Below, piece after piece: positions 11,501 through 26,715 of a DNA stretch of 64,000 bases (position 1 is its first letter; each line of letters opens with the position of its first letter). The stretch is taken from the NCBI GenBank assembly GCA_951406725.2, contig OX597820.1:106392001-106456000 (forward strand), in the 5' to 3' direction. The notes under the pieces were generated by a model. That model was not told the origin of the DNA and did not search any database. It saw only the letters and a program-made list of their open reading frames with translations. The DNA comes from Octopus vulgaris. Its lineage: Eukaryota. The position numbers and the translations under genes are program-made.

Positions 11501-12939
11501 GCTATTGTGCAAAAGTGTCATAAGTTCAAAAATGTTGCTTTTTTCAGAAAACAAAACAATAGTTTTACCATTCCATAGCAAAGCCATTGTACTACACTTT
11601 GACATCTGAAGCAGCTGGAGATACAATAATTTGACCAAAAGAACCAGCTATTGCAAGCAAAAATAAATGTTGAAATTTGGCCAAATTTGGACATACAACA
11701 GTTTAACATAAATAGCAATGATATATATATATATATCTTTATGTTTTAGAATAAGCCCACCTTTATCCCAGTATGTCATAAGTTAAGACAGAAAGGGTTA
11801 GTGATAAGAATTGCATCATCATCATCATCATTCTTTGATATCAGCAGGTTTCAGTTGGATTGGACTGTTTAACAGGGTTTGATAAGCCAGAGGGCTGCAT
11901 TGAGCTGCAGTGTCTATTTTGACATAGTTTCTGTGGCTGGATGCTTTTCCTAACACCAGCCACTTTACAAAATGTACTCACTTGGTGCTCTTTTTTTTTT
12001 CTCCCCCTTTGTTACACCAACACCAGTGAGGTCAGCATATGAACTCACAAGTCAAAATCCCTTCAACTACGTGGAGTTGTAGTAGAGAGGGAGGTGGCTT
12101 TATGTCAGGTGTTGAGAGCTTAAACTATGTGAAAGAGACAGGAATGGATGTCTTGGTTACAGAGGCGATACATGGTTACTGCAGCTGGAAAGAGAAAAAA
12201 GATAATCATGCTGAGTACAGAGTACAGTTACCATTATTGTGCCTGAAAATGGACTTGAAATGTTTGTTGTTATAGTTGTAGTTTCTACTTGTATGTTTGG
12301 GTTTTGAAAAATAAAAACTCAAAGATGAAGTTTTCATATCAGTCAGATGAGGAATGTATTTAGAATGTCTTTGTATACATCTGTTTTCCACATCCTTCCA
12401 GTTTCATACCTGTAAGGTTTTATTTATTTATTTATTTTTTCTTTGCAGGTGAGCCCCATCCTATCTATGTAACCTAATTTATACAAATGTGATATTAGAT
12501 ATTAAGGAAGTGCATCTCTGCATGAAAATTCCTGCTTAGATAAATATATGATAAATCACATTTATTTGCTATCTAAACAAGCCTACCCCAAAAATTAGCA
12601 ATGGTGGGGAGAAAAATCTATCATTTTCGTTTATCATGTGTTACTCAAACTTTTCTTTTTCTTTTAAGATACTCCATAAATATTTATCAAGAAGCACATG
12701 CATTATGCACACGTAGAATGCATATACTAACCCATGAATAGAAAGAAGTGTATATCTATATATGTGTGTATATGTATAATATATACATGTATATGTATAA
12801 TATATATATAAAATAATAATGAAATTATTGTATACAGTGTTCAGGTGCACCACAACTTGTCAAAAGTGCGTATAAACTATATGCAGTAATGTACAAATGT
12901 CTGGAAAGCGAACAGTGTATGATCAGATACATGCTTGCA

Positions 12940-15760
<2,821 letters not shown>

Positions 15761-15788
15761 TAGTATGTGACAATTATTCAGTAGCCAT

Positions 15789-15849
15789 GATAAAATTCCG
15801 AGTTTCGGATGTCGGGGTGGAAATCCACACTACCATCTCTTCAGTTATC
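15789..15849 (-). ncRNA. hammerhead ribozyme-like motif inside a ~350-bp microsatellite-flanked insert (15770-16124)
   Basis: Minus strand reads GATAA-CTGAAGA-GATG..GTGGATTTCCAC..CATC-C-GAAAC-TCGGA-ATT-TTATC. Stem I GATAA/TTATC; one mismatch in stem III. Confidence 0.55.
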
Positions 15850-16121
15850 CAGCCGTCGGAAAAAATGCTATGAAAATGACCATTAAACCAAGGGAAATTA
15901 CTGTGTGATTGACCGTTATTAAGACAAAAGAACTATTTGAATGACCGCTAAGTGAGGGGAGGAAGTAAAAGTAAGGGGGTAAAAATGTACATAGTATTCG
16001 CATAAGCACGCATGTCCATACCTACACATGCGTGCCCACACACCCACGTACATGCACCTATAAGTATACACTCATCCACCCTCACTTGAAACATACACAA
16101 TCTCACCCACACCATTCGCCA

Positions 16122-16161
<40 letters not shown>

Positions 16162-16304
16162 ATCCCCCCCACACACACACACACACACTAAAAAGGTTCG
16201 TACACACAGTTGGTAAAATAAGTACCAATTGAACACTGGAGTTTATGTAATCAACTTACCCAACTCTCCTGAAATTGCTGGCCTTGTGTTAAAATTTGAA
16301 ACCA

Positions 16305-16319
16305 TTATTATTATTATTA

Positions 16320-16350
<31 letters not shown>

Positions 16351-16710
16351 GTCATCGTCATCATCATCCTCATCTTGACTCCAGATTGATCTTATTCTTA
16401 GAATCTTTGTGGGTAGTAAGTTACTACCTGAAACCTTAGATATCCACATAATTTCAGTAAGCCATCAAGTGCTCAAACCCCTTCTGATGATCTTCCCTGT
16501 TCCTCAGAGCCAAACCTTCTATAGAAGCTTGACAGGACACTTGTTCCAATCCTCTTTGTCCATTTGTCTATTTCATCACTTGTAATCCTTAATATACTAA
16601 TTATCACAGGCACAATCTTTACAGATTTCAAGTCCTCAATCCTCACATCTCAAATTCTAAGGGATTGTATTTTATCATTTTTTCCATCTGCTTTCTTTAC
16701 AATCTCTGTA
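16305..16710 (-). mobile_element. R4/Dong-like non-LTR retrotransposon 3' end next to (TAA)n
   Basis: With frameshifts, the minus strand gives KQMEKMIKYNPLEFEM / LKSVKIVPVIISILRITSDEIDKWTKRIG / LL*KVWL*GTGKIIRRGL, matching the C-terminal restriction-like endonuclease region of R4/Dong. It ends in an (AAT)n array. Confidence 0.65.
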
Positions 16711-18746
16711 TGTGTTTATTTACTTTATACATATCTCAATCTATTAATAAGAAAATGAGATAACAAAGGAATAAATGATTATCTTATGAACTTCATTAGC
16801 TTACAGCTGTTTCTGCTGTATGCAGTAGGCTCTTAGCTGAGTGCTTAATCTGTTTAAATAGACAACACCAGTTTCAAGTGTTTCACTGTCTTTAGCTTTG
16901 TTTTGATGCTCAAGCTGAAATGGGTTGAATGGCTCTACAAATTTAAAATTTCAGTTTTTGTTTTATTGTATGAATAAATGAACTGTCTGACAAAGTACAA
17001 CACTATATTTAATACATTGTCGTACTATTCTGATTTCAAATCTTGCCAAAGTCAATGTTTTTCTTTCATCTCTTTTGTGGGCAATAGTATAGGCCTCCAG
17101 TATTGTTGTTGTTACTTCCAGGTAAGCTGTTTTGAGTAAACCCCTGAAAGGATTACATTATCCAACATGTCTTGTTTTCTTTTCTTTTCTTTTTTCCTTG
17201 AAGAAAGATGGGTTTGATTAGGGGTGGAGGTGGGGGATGCTATTTCTAGCATTTTGAAGGTGAGCTAGAGAGGTAATGTAGTAGAGAGAAAAGTAGGACA
17301 AGAAGGCAGAGAGAATGAAAAGAAGAGGGGAAGACAAAACAAAAAGTGAAAGAAAAATTAGCTAGAGAGGAGAGGAAATAATGAGGTATGTGAGTGAGTT
17401 AGAATAATGACAGAGATTGAGTGAAGATAATAAGAATATGAATAACTGAAAGGGAACAGAAATTATACCCTGTCATTTTTGACAGGTACTACATCAGTTT
17501 TATGACAATGTGAAGTCTTTAGGAATTATATGTAATTGTGTGAACTTCATGGAAATAGGCTAAACAAATAAGAAAGGGTAAAACAAACATTATTATTCTT
17601 TATAATTTGTCAGGGTAAAGTATTCAAAGTACAAATTAAAATATTTACACATGTCCGTACACATACTCTTACTACTACCGGCTTCCAATAAACGAAATGT
17701 AAGTGGCTGGTAATGGCTGTCTTGGATAACACTGAGCTATTCTAAAAATTTAGGGAGTGACTTTGCAGTATTGCAAGTCTCTAAAATATGTTTGGACTTT
17801 TTTGTGGGTCATGTTTTTTATTTCTTTTATTTTCATCTTTGGGTGGAGCTTCCAGTTTAGACATGATCTGTAAACTATTATATAATCTCTTATCTTTATC
17901 CCCACCCTCTCTCTTTCTCACTTTCTCTTCTTGCCTCTCTTTTTTTCCCTCTTCCTCTCCCTTTTTATATCACCATGCTTTTCTTTCTCTCAAATTTTAG
18001 CAACAAATAACTCCCTCTTAATATAGAATAGAAATAAATCATCAACTTGTTACCAGATATTGATTTCTCTTGACTCAGTAAACTTTTAAATAGCAATCAA
18101 TCTACTTCAACCATTTTATCAACTCTGATGGAATTTAAACTTAGAAATGTATAAAACCACATAACCACACAAGAAATATTTTTTAAATCAAGCACATAGC
18201 CATTTTCTACATCCTAAGTCTAAATATATATAAGAAGATTAAAAAAACAGGTGCAGGCATGGCCATATGGTAAGAAGTTTGTTTCCCAACCACATGATTC
18301 CAGGTTAAGCTTCACTGTGTGGCACCAGCAGCCAAGTCTGTGAAATCCCAAGCTGTTTGAACCACCTTCAAGTCAATGTGCCCAGATTCTGTTCAACACT
18401 CTCTTGCACTTGTTCACTTGCCTCATTAGTTCTGACAGTGTGAGGTCTCCCAGATCGTGGGAGATCACTTACTGCCCCTTCAAAATGATGAACTAAATTC
18501 CTAATTGTGTTTTCACTTGGGGCATCTCTCACTTAAAAGTGCCGATGATATGCTCTCTGGGTTTGAATAATTGACCCTTGATTTTGATAGAACAATTTCA
18601 TCACTTTGGTGCATTGTGCAGTGCAATATTTTTCCATTATTAATTTCCAGGACCTAGTCTATAAAATCCTTAAAAAAAAAAAGAGATCAAAAAATAAACG
18701 AATTATTAAAAATTGCAACCCTCTTAGTGACTTTTGGGCCACCTTT

Positions 18747-18779
<33 letters not shown>

Positions 18780-19305
18780 GTGTGTGTGTGTGTGTGTCTT
18801 TGTGTCTGTATTTGTTCCCCATTTTGCACTTCAGCAAAAAGAGACCGATAGAATAAGTACCAGACTTTAAAAAATAGGTCCTGGGATCAATTCAGTCAAC
18901 TAAAAATTATTCAAGGTGGTGCTCCGGCATGGCCACACTCTGATGACTGGAACAAGTAAGACGAGATATACCTATCATAAGACCTACCTGTGATTGAATC
19001 TGACACAACGGGTTCCCTTATCCCCCTCATATGTTAACCGCTAAACCTTCCGAATGGCATTGATACATCATCATCATCTTCTAATGTCCACTTATGCATC
19101 CTTGCATAAGTCAGCTGTAATTTGTTGAGGCAAATATTCTACAGCTGGCTACCTTTTCTGTTGCTAAACTTTGCCTGTTTCTGGGCAAGATAATTTTTCC
19201 CATAGCTTCACATGTTTTCATGGAAAACTAGAAAAGGATATCTTCTCTTAACAATGATGCACATTTACAACCATTACATGATGTCAAAGGTACACACACA
19301 CACAT

Positions 19306-19526
19306 CTTTTCTCTTTTGCTTGTTTCAGTCATTAGACTGAAGTCATGCTGGGACCCTGCCTTGAAGAATTTTTAGTCAAATGAATCAACTCAGTCCTTTT
19401 TTGTTTTTAAGCCTGGTACTTATTCTATCAGGTTCTTTTTTTCTTTTTTTTTTTTTTGGTGAACTAAGTTATGGGGATGTAAACACACCAACACTAGTTT
19501 GTCAAGTGGTCGTGGGAGATAATCAG

Positions 19527-19564
<38 letters not shown>

Positions 19565-19670
19565 GTAGGTCAACCCAAATCTATAGTAGAAGACACTTGC
19601 CCCAAAGTACCACACAGTGAAATTGAAACTAGGACCACATAGTTGGGAAGTAGACTTCTTAACTTCACAG
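19306..19670 (-). mobile_element. SINE family A
   Basis: Reverse complement of family A tail, internal CA/TA repeat and head. Confidence 0.75.
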
Positions 19671-20129
19671 AACCCTGTTCCTAGATATGTAGTTAATTTC
19701 TTCTTGAGTGTTTGCGGTAGTTAATTGGCTGAGTAAGTGTATTTCTAGTTAATTAGCTTAAGATTTCTCCTACGTGTTTGGTGAAGTGGAATTTAGTTTA
19801 GCATATTTTTGTGTTAGGTCTTTCTCTTTTAGTTTTTAGTTTCACCATTCAAAAACTTAAATATTTCTAAGACTTTTAAATTCAGATAACGTGTCTGTGC
19901 TTTGTTGCTACCTAAAAGTTTAGAATGTTTCAAAACAAACCCTTATGTCAAACAGAATTTACCTACACTGATTGTGTTGGTGTAGGCAGGGCTGTGTGGT
20001 CAAGAAGTTAGTTTTCCAACCATGTAGCTTTGAGTTTGGTCTCACTGCATGGCATCTTGTGAGTGAAACTGAAAAAAGCTCTTCATACACACACACACAC
20101 ACACACACGGATGGATGGATGCTGAGGTT

Positions 20130-20690
20130 AACATCATCATCATCATCATTTAACATCCGTTCATGCTGGTACAGGTTGGATGGCTTGACAGGAACTGGTA
20201 AAGTCAGGGGCTGCACCAGGTTCCATAGTCTGTTTTGGCTTGATATCTACAGCTGGATGCCCTTCCTACTGTCAACCACTTTACAAAATGTACTGGGTGT
20301 TTTTTAAGTGGCACCTTGGTTTTGAGACCTCAATTCCATTGAGAGCAGGTCTTCTTGAATACAGCAATGCACCACATATCCCGGTCCTCTCTCATCTCCT
20401 TTGTAAGGCTCAGCTTTTTGAGATCAGCCTTCAATACTTCCTCCTATGTCTTGTTGGGTTTCCTTCTTCCATGACTTCTTTATGCTGCTGTCCTCATCCA
20501 TCCTCATCACATAATCAGACCAGTGCAGTATTTTCTTTTGCACACTGCATCTAATTCCTCTTACGCCCAGCCTCTCTCTCAATACACTAATACTCTGTTG
20601 CACATACACACTGACATCACATGTCCAGCGGAGCATACCAGCTTCATTCCTCTCCAGCCTCCACATGTCCTCCACATTCAGGTATTTGAT
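20130..20690 (-). mobile_element. RTE-type LINE 3' end
   Basis: ORF 20424-20735 contains EDMWRLERNEAGMLRWTCDVSV...LRERLGVRGIRCSVQ..LHW..VMRMDEDS, followed by the shared 3' UTR and (GAT)n tail. Confidence 0.8.
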
Positions 20691-20759
20691 ATACTTATAT
20701 TTGTCTATATTGTTCAAATACATTCCACTGGCCATCGAATTATTTCTCTTGGCTCATTT

Positions 20760-20963
20760 TTAACCCTTTAGCATTTAAACTGGTCATATCCAGCCAAAAT
20801 ATCCTACTTGTTTTATGTATAAATTGGCCAGATTTGACCTATCACACCAGCCTTACAATATCATTCTAAAAATTAAGTTACCTCTTCAAAATATCAAAGC
20901 TACAAAATAATACATAAATAAGCATTACTTTTGACAGAATAATGTGATTGCTAAAGGGTTTAA
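20760..20963. mobile_element. piggyBac-like MITE, family 1
   Basis: TTAACCCTTTAGCA ... TGCTAAAGGGTT(T)AA terminal inverted repeats. Confidence 0.7.
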
Positions 20964-21012
20964 ATTAAGCAAATTACCTAGGGTATGTGTTCTACTTTAT
21001 TTGTATATGCAA

Positions 21013-21096
21013 CTGGAGATAAGATAGGACAGTTGTTGTGCTGATGATGACTATTGAGCCAGAAACACATGTCTATAACTGTCCTCTTATCTCCAG
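21013..21096 (+). ncRNA. type-I hammerhead ribozyme with long extended stem I
   Basis: CTGGAGATAAGA(TA)GGACAGTT..GTG-CTGATGA-TGACT(ATTG)AGCCA-GAAAC-ACAT-GTC-TAT-AACTGTCCTCTTATCTCCAG. Core is intact, triplet GUC at 21071-21073. Confidence 0.75.
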
Positions 21097-22251
21097 ATAG
21101 GAAGCATGTCCCTTTCTTTAATGGCATATCATATCTGGAGAATACTTGAGTCTTAAGATTATCTCCCCTTCTTCTGACTTTGTTCTGAGTTCAAATGCTG
21201 CCATGGTCAGCATTGCCTTTCATCCTTTCAGTATTGATAAATTAAGTACCAGCTGAACATTGGGGTCAATGTAATAGACTTACCCCCTCCCCTGAAGTAG
21301 GTGGCCTTGTGCCAAAATTTGAAATTATTATTATTATCATCATCATCATCATCATTATTCATTAAACTAATGGAATTTATGTGGTTAGTCAAACTGACCA
21401 AAAGTAGGCTAGAATATTTACCCATTTCTTCCTGGCATGGTTCCAGTTTAAACATCAATGAAATTAAAAGAGAAAAAAGTAAACACTCTCAGGTTTGCAT
21501 CAGACTAACCCTAACCACTTCAGCTAGGTTGCTGTGCCAATCCTTTAGTTTCAGGCCACTTTACTTCTTCATCTCATTAGAAAATATTCTAAACTTTGAT
21601 ATATAATCCTACCATTTCCTACTTCCAATTTTTTTTTTTTTTTTCTTTCTATCTTTGGATTCTTTCCTCTTATCAACAAAATTTAAAGGAAACTGGTTAA
21701 TGTTTGTGATATGATTACAATTTTTATTTCTATCACTACTTCCTAGTATTTTTGTCTGTTATTTTCTCATTCCCTTTTCCTTTTCTCTTTAACTCTTTCT
21801 ATGCTTAAAATAAAATTATATTAACCTATGTAATGCAAAGGAAAACTTTAGTTGCCATTGTTGTCGTTATCATAATCCGTAATTTCACTTCTTCTCCTTG
21901 TCCTCTGCCTTCTCATCATTCTTATCCTCCTCGTCATCACCATCATCGTTGTCCTCTTCCCTCCACTTCCCTTCTTACTCCTCCTCCTCATCATCATCAT
22001 CATTGATTTCATGTCCAGTTTTCCACAAAGATGGACTAAATGAAAAACACTACACTTTGCCTTCCTCCATGCCTTCATTCTGTATCAATGCATCCCAGTG
22101 TACACATGTAGACTTAAATATGTTGTTTCCATTTGTATGAATAGAAATTGTTATTCATTGGTATTAATATCATCACAGTTTTGTCAAAAGATAGGGTGAA
22201 CGGAATGTCAGGATGTACATGTGTTTCCCAAATATGAATGAAATGTTATAG

Positions 22252-22292
22252 TCTCAGCCAGGGTTTGCTTGCTTCTATTCACCAGTGGCACC
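22252..22292 (+). CDS. candidate small exon (41 nt SQPGFACFYSPVAP, or 7-nt microexon 22286-22292)
   Basis: Strong donor ACC|GTAAGT. Two possible acceptors: TAG at 22251, or TTTGCTTGCTTCTATTCACCAG at 22285. The 41-nt reading ends in phase 2, compatible with the downstream exons. Confidence 0.3.
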
Positions 22293-23879
22293 GTAAGTCT
22301 TCTACTATTTTGTATTGCTTTCAGTCTTCTGATACCAACCCACTTTAAATTGCTTTTTATTCTCTAATACAAACTTTAAAACCCCCATCAAAGTTTCACG
22401 TTAATTTATGTTCTAAACATCAACTTAATAATGACAAAGTCATCATCATCATCATCATCATCATTTAGCATCCATTCTCCATGCTGGCATGGGTTAGACT
22501 ATTTGACTGGAACTGATATCTGAAAAGCTGCTTCAGGCTCCAGTCTGTTTTGGCTTGAATTCTATAGCTGGATGCCCTTCTTAATGCCAACCACTCCACA
22601 GAGTGGCACTGAGTGCCTTTCACATGTCACCAGCACCGGCCATGACCATGATTTCACTTAGCTTGACATGTCTTCTGAAGCACAGCAAATCACCAAAGGT
22701 CTCAGTTACTTGACATTACCTTTCATACTAAATTTTTCATTATTCTCAAAATTCATTGAAACAAAGGCAGTGTATTTCAAGAGAAACATGACATGAAAAG
22801 GGTTAGAAAGAATGTATGATGAAGGCAAGAGTGGAATCGATTTTTAGTAGTGGTCATCGTATCATCATTGGTAATGCACAACAGTAGGAAGGTAAGTTGG
22901 TAGGTTGAAAGAATGAGCATACTTTTACTACTTTGAACAGTTGTATTTACATATGTACAATGAAGTAATTGAACTGAAGAACGAAGTTTTTCTCTGTGTG
23001 AAATAGAAATAACGTTTCAGTTAATTACATAATTATCCATAGTTGTTATAGGCAACACAAGTTAAAAAAAAAAAAAAAAAAAGTGAGAACATCTATAATG
23101 AAAGTGAGTGACAGAGTTACCTGTAGTGTGGTCATTCTGTTTTGGAGTTCAGTATCCCAGCTTTTAATAACTTACCTTCAGCAAAACTAGTGAGTGAGAA
23201 TTTTATACAACTTGGTTACATACCACCTGATATTGATTGGTTGAACCATGTTCACATCGACATTCATGCCTTTTGTGGTGATACAGTTAATTTCTTTTAG
23301 TTGGTCTTGCTATTTATAGAAACATAGTTAGGTCATGATTATAAATAAGGTATCTATGCAAGATAGTTTGAAATGAGGTAGAAGCCTTACAATAAATTTC
23401 GGAGGACCTTCAGTGTGAAATTTAAGGATAAATGGATTAAATTCTAATGAACCAAGAACTGAATACATTGGATTAGTTGTTTTGAAAAGAAAAGAGCTAA
23501 TAAGAAGTGGGCAAAGAATTTTCTTTATCAATTAAAGAAAGTGATACTTCATATGACCTGTTCATGAATTGAGGTGATGCAGTGTGGTAGATTTTAATGA
23601 GTTAGACTTAGTCCCTTTGATACCAATCCACCTGGGGTCACACTTGGTTCTATGATATAAAGTTCCTGCTTTAAAGTTATCTAAATTAAAATCTTTCAAA
23701 ATTTCATGTTAATTCATGTTCGAGATACCCGTTTAACACTGCTTAAGATATTTCACTAAATTTTTCATTATTTTAAAAATCAGTTGAAGCAAAAGCTGTG
23801 TATTTCAACAGAAATTTGTTAAGGTAACATTCTGGAAGTCTATTTGCTCTGCAAGTGATTCGATCTGAGACTGTGTTGA

Positions 23880-24018
23880 AGCATGGAAGACATTAGCCAT
23901 TCAAAAACACACAAAAGACTTTTATTTGGAATCAAAATTTTCCAGTGACCAGATAGTAAATGTTTAAGCGAAACAGTCTTTGTGTGTTTTTGAATAGCTA
24001 ATATATGTCTTCCATGCT
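23880..24018. repeat. ~40-bp-arm inverted repeat
   Basis: AGCATGGAAGACATTAGCCATTCAAAAACACACAAAAGACT pairs with AGTCTTTGTGTGTTTTTGAATAGCTAATATATGTCTTCCATGCT; loop ~54 nt. Confidence 0.8.
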
Positions 24019-24799
24019 GCAATAATTATGGTAATATGTATATTTACCACATCATATTTCAAGGAAAAAGGCTTGTACTCCCTTTTCATGACAGATTAAA
24101 TATTCAGTGCTTGAGAATCAACTGGATATATAAAATATAAAAACAAAGACCTTTTACAATTAAGGCCCTATCTAATCTTACTCTTATGTACAGTGTATAA
24201 ATATTTTGTCCTACTCACACACATACATGTAGCCATTACAGTCAACAGAATGAAACCCAATGAAATGAAAGGCAAATTTAATTTTAGCTTGAGATAATGA
24301 GGTTGGCCAAATAATTATCTAGAATAAAGGAGATTTGTCCAGAATTTAATGTAAATGATATTAGATATTGTTATCACCATTTCCAGAGAGTAAAAAAAAA
24401 AAAAAAAAAAAAACCTTTATTTCTCTTTGTAACATTGAATCAAGATAGCACACCTCACTATGTCATACCTTTAGCAGAATATCTTAAGCTGATAATACTA
24501 AATTGTTTACAGATTATCTGTGAAACAAGTGAAACACTTACAGAGATAAAATAGCTTGTTTAAAAAACAAAAAAGAGAGAATAGATTATAGGTATTAATT
24601 TGTTGAAGCAATGGGAGGTGGGATCAAACAGCAAGCAATTAATATGTAGTTCTATTTGATTGACCTGGTGATCTGTTTTCTTTCACAAATTGGTGTTAAA
24701 AGTATCTATATTAAAATCTTATCTATTAAGCATATTTAACTCTAACCTCAATAATGAAGATAGCCACTGAAAAATCATTAGGAATTTTTTTTTTTTCAA

Positions 24800-25160
24800 A
24801 TGTGGCTGTGAGGTTAAGAAGCTTGCTTCGCAACAACGTGGTTTTAGGTTCAGTTCCATTGCATGACACCTCCAACAAGTGTTTTCTGCAATAATCATGG
24901 GCTGATCAAAGCCTTGTAAGTAAATTTGGTAGGCAGAAATTGAAAGAAACCTGTCGTGTGTGTATGTGTTAATGTCTCCTTGTCTTGACATTGCATGGGG
25001 GTTGTACAGTGTCCTTCCTTCGTTTCCAATCTCAGTGATAAACATATCTGGCCATAGGGAAACAGGTGAGGGCTGACAAAAGGAATGGCCTCCAGCTATA
25101 GAAATCTGCCTCAACAATTTCCATCCAACCCATCTAAGGGTTAAAACGATAATGATGATG
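24800..25160 (+). mobile_element. SINE family B (family A head plus RTE-like tail ending (GAT)n)
   Basis: Same head as family A, then CTTGTCTTGACA...GGAAACAGGTGAGGG...AGAAATCTGCCTCAACAA...ATGATGATG. Confidence 0.75.
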
Positions 25161-25519
25161 TAGTAACAGATAGATAATGAGCATCAAATTGAAACTGTAT
25201 GACACCATTACTATGAATTTTTTCATTAGTTGAAGGTGTAACTAAAGGCATAAATGGTAACAAATAATAATCCTTTCGTTTATAAATCTGATGTCTTGTT
25301 TCTATTAAAGATATCTATGAGAGATGGCAGTAATATAATATACAAACATAGCTGAAGAAGCAATTAAAGTCCCTTATTAGTCTCTCATTTCTTTATTCAT
25401 TTTTTCCTCTCTATTGCCGGTCTCTTTTTCAACCTCTTTCTCTCTTCTCCCCCTCCTTCTGTCTCCCTTTTTCTTGTGGGTTCCCACAATAATTCAGTTT
25501 TATTCTTTTTGTCTGGAAG

Positions 25520-25558
25520 AATCCGTGATAAGAAGAAAATCGTCTTAAACAGCCCATG
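25520..25558 (+). CDS. candidate 39-nt symmetric (phase 2-2) exon, IRDKKKIVLNSP(W)
   Basis: Long pyrimidine tract and AAG acceptor, ATG|GTAAGT donor, open frame and retained CpGs. TG+G joins in frame to the 32138 exon. TGCATG motifs at 25615 and 25716. Confidence 0.5.
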
Positions 25559-26279
25559 GTAAGTTTTTGAAATTTTCAGCTCAGTTGCTGGTGTCTTACT
25601 GTGCAACAACTGGCTGCATGTTCAAATTACTATGTTCAGTCAAAATTAATATGTTTAATTAATATATTCTACTTATTCTAGTTATTGCTTCTTGGTGCAT
25701 TCATTGCATCCATGTTGCATGAAATTTATCTTTGTTTATTTATTTATTTTTTTGCCAAATTTTTATTTTCATTTTGCAGCAAGCAATATTCTGTTTATTT
25801 ATTAACCCTTTTCAGCATTTTAAACAGGAAAAAATTCAACTCCCTTAAAAATGGGGCCCTTTTTGTTCAAACAGTTCCACAATTGTTGAATCATTTAGAA
25901 AGCTAATGTTTTATCATCATCTCGCCCTTTTATCACTTCTGAATTCATTACCCTGTTACCTAATACTAATAATTATTATTTAAGTTGCTGATGAGTTACC
26001 TTTGCTTACTTGTTAATGTTTTACCTAATTTTCTTAAGCTGTTCTTTATAGATTAAATGAATCAGTTGAGCTCAGCAATTTTGTGTTGTGCTTCCTGTGT
26101 ATTACTTGTTACTCTGCTTGCCTCAGTCTACTTGGCTAACAACAGGTTCAATTATTACTTCATTATTGAAAATTAATTATCAGTAAGTAGTTGGAAAGAC
26201 ATGTCATCAAAATCAATGGCATCTACAAAATACAAATTCTCCTGGAAAATAAAGGAAACAATTTCTTCCATCTGTGTTA

Positions 26280-26715
26280 GGAGCAGGCATAACTGTGTGG
26301 TTAAAAAACTTGTTTCCAACCACAGGATTTCAAGTTCTGTCCTCCTGCGTAATACTTTGGGAAATGTTTTCTATTATAGTCGTGGATAAATCAAAGCTTT
26401 GTGAGTGGATTTGGCAGACAGAAACTGAAACAAACCCATCATATATGTGCCTCTGTGTGTGTTTGTGCATGCATACTTCTGTCTCCGTGTCTTGACGTGG
26501 TGCAATAGTGTAAACGAACATCTTCATCATACAAATGATGTTGTTTATTTCCAGTTTTCCATGAAAACATGTCTTGCCATGAGGAAATATCTTGTTGGAA
26601 ACAAGTGAAGTTTGGTGACAGGAAGGGCATCTGACCATAGAAACTGTTCTTTAACAAATTCCATTTGACCCATGCAAATATAGAAATGAGGACATTTTTT
26701 TAAAAAATTATGATG
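26280..26715 (+). mobile_element. SINE family B, near full length
   Basis: Head, TG repeat and RTE-like tail. Further copies at ~3385-3720, 5535-5800(-), 34892-35240, 35905-36290(-), 42110-42480, 46577-46900 and 62104-62710. Confidence 0.75.

Noticed and set aside
16790-16855. Minus-strand GAAACAGCTGTA hammerhead half
   Set aside because: The CUGANGA half is incomplete; at best a relic (likewise ~48160-48230).
17485-17705. Acceptor-like CAG sites with a downstream GTAAGT donor
   Set aside because: Most frames contain stops, and the open one (VKYSKYKLKYLHMSVHILLLLPASNKRN) has no independent support.
22965-23025. CTGAAGA...GAAATAACGTT hammerhead-like spacing
   Set aside because: No convincing stem II, and the stem I register does not fit.
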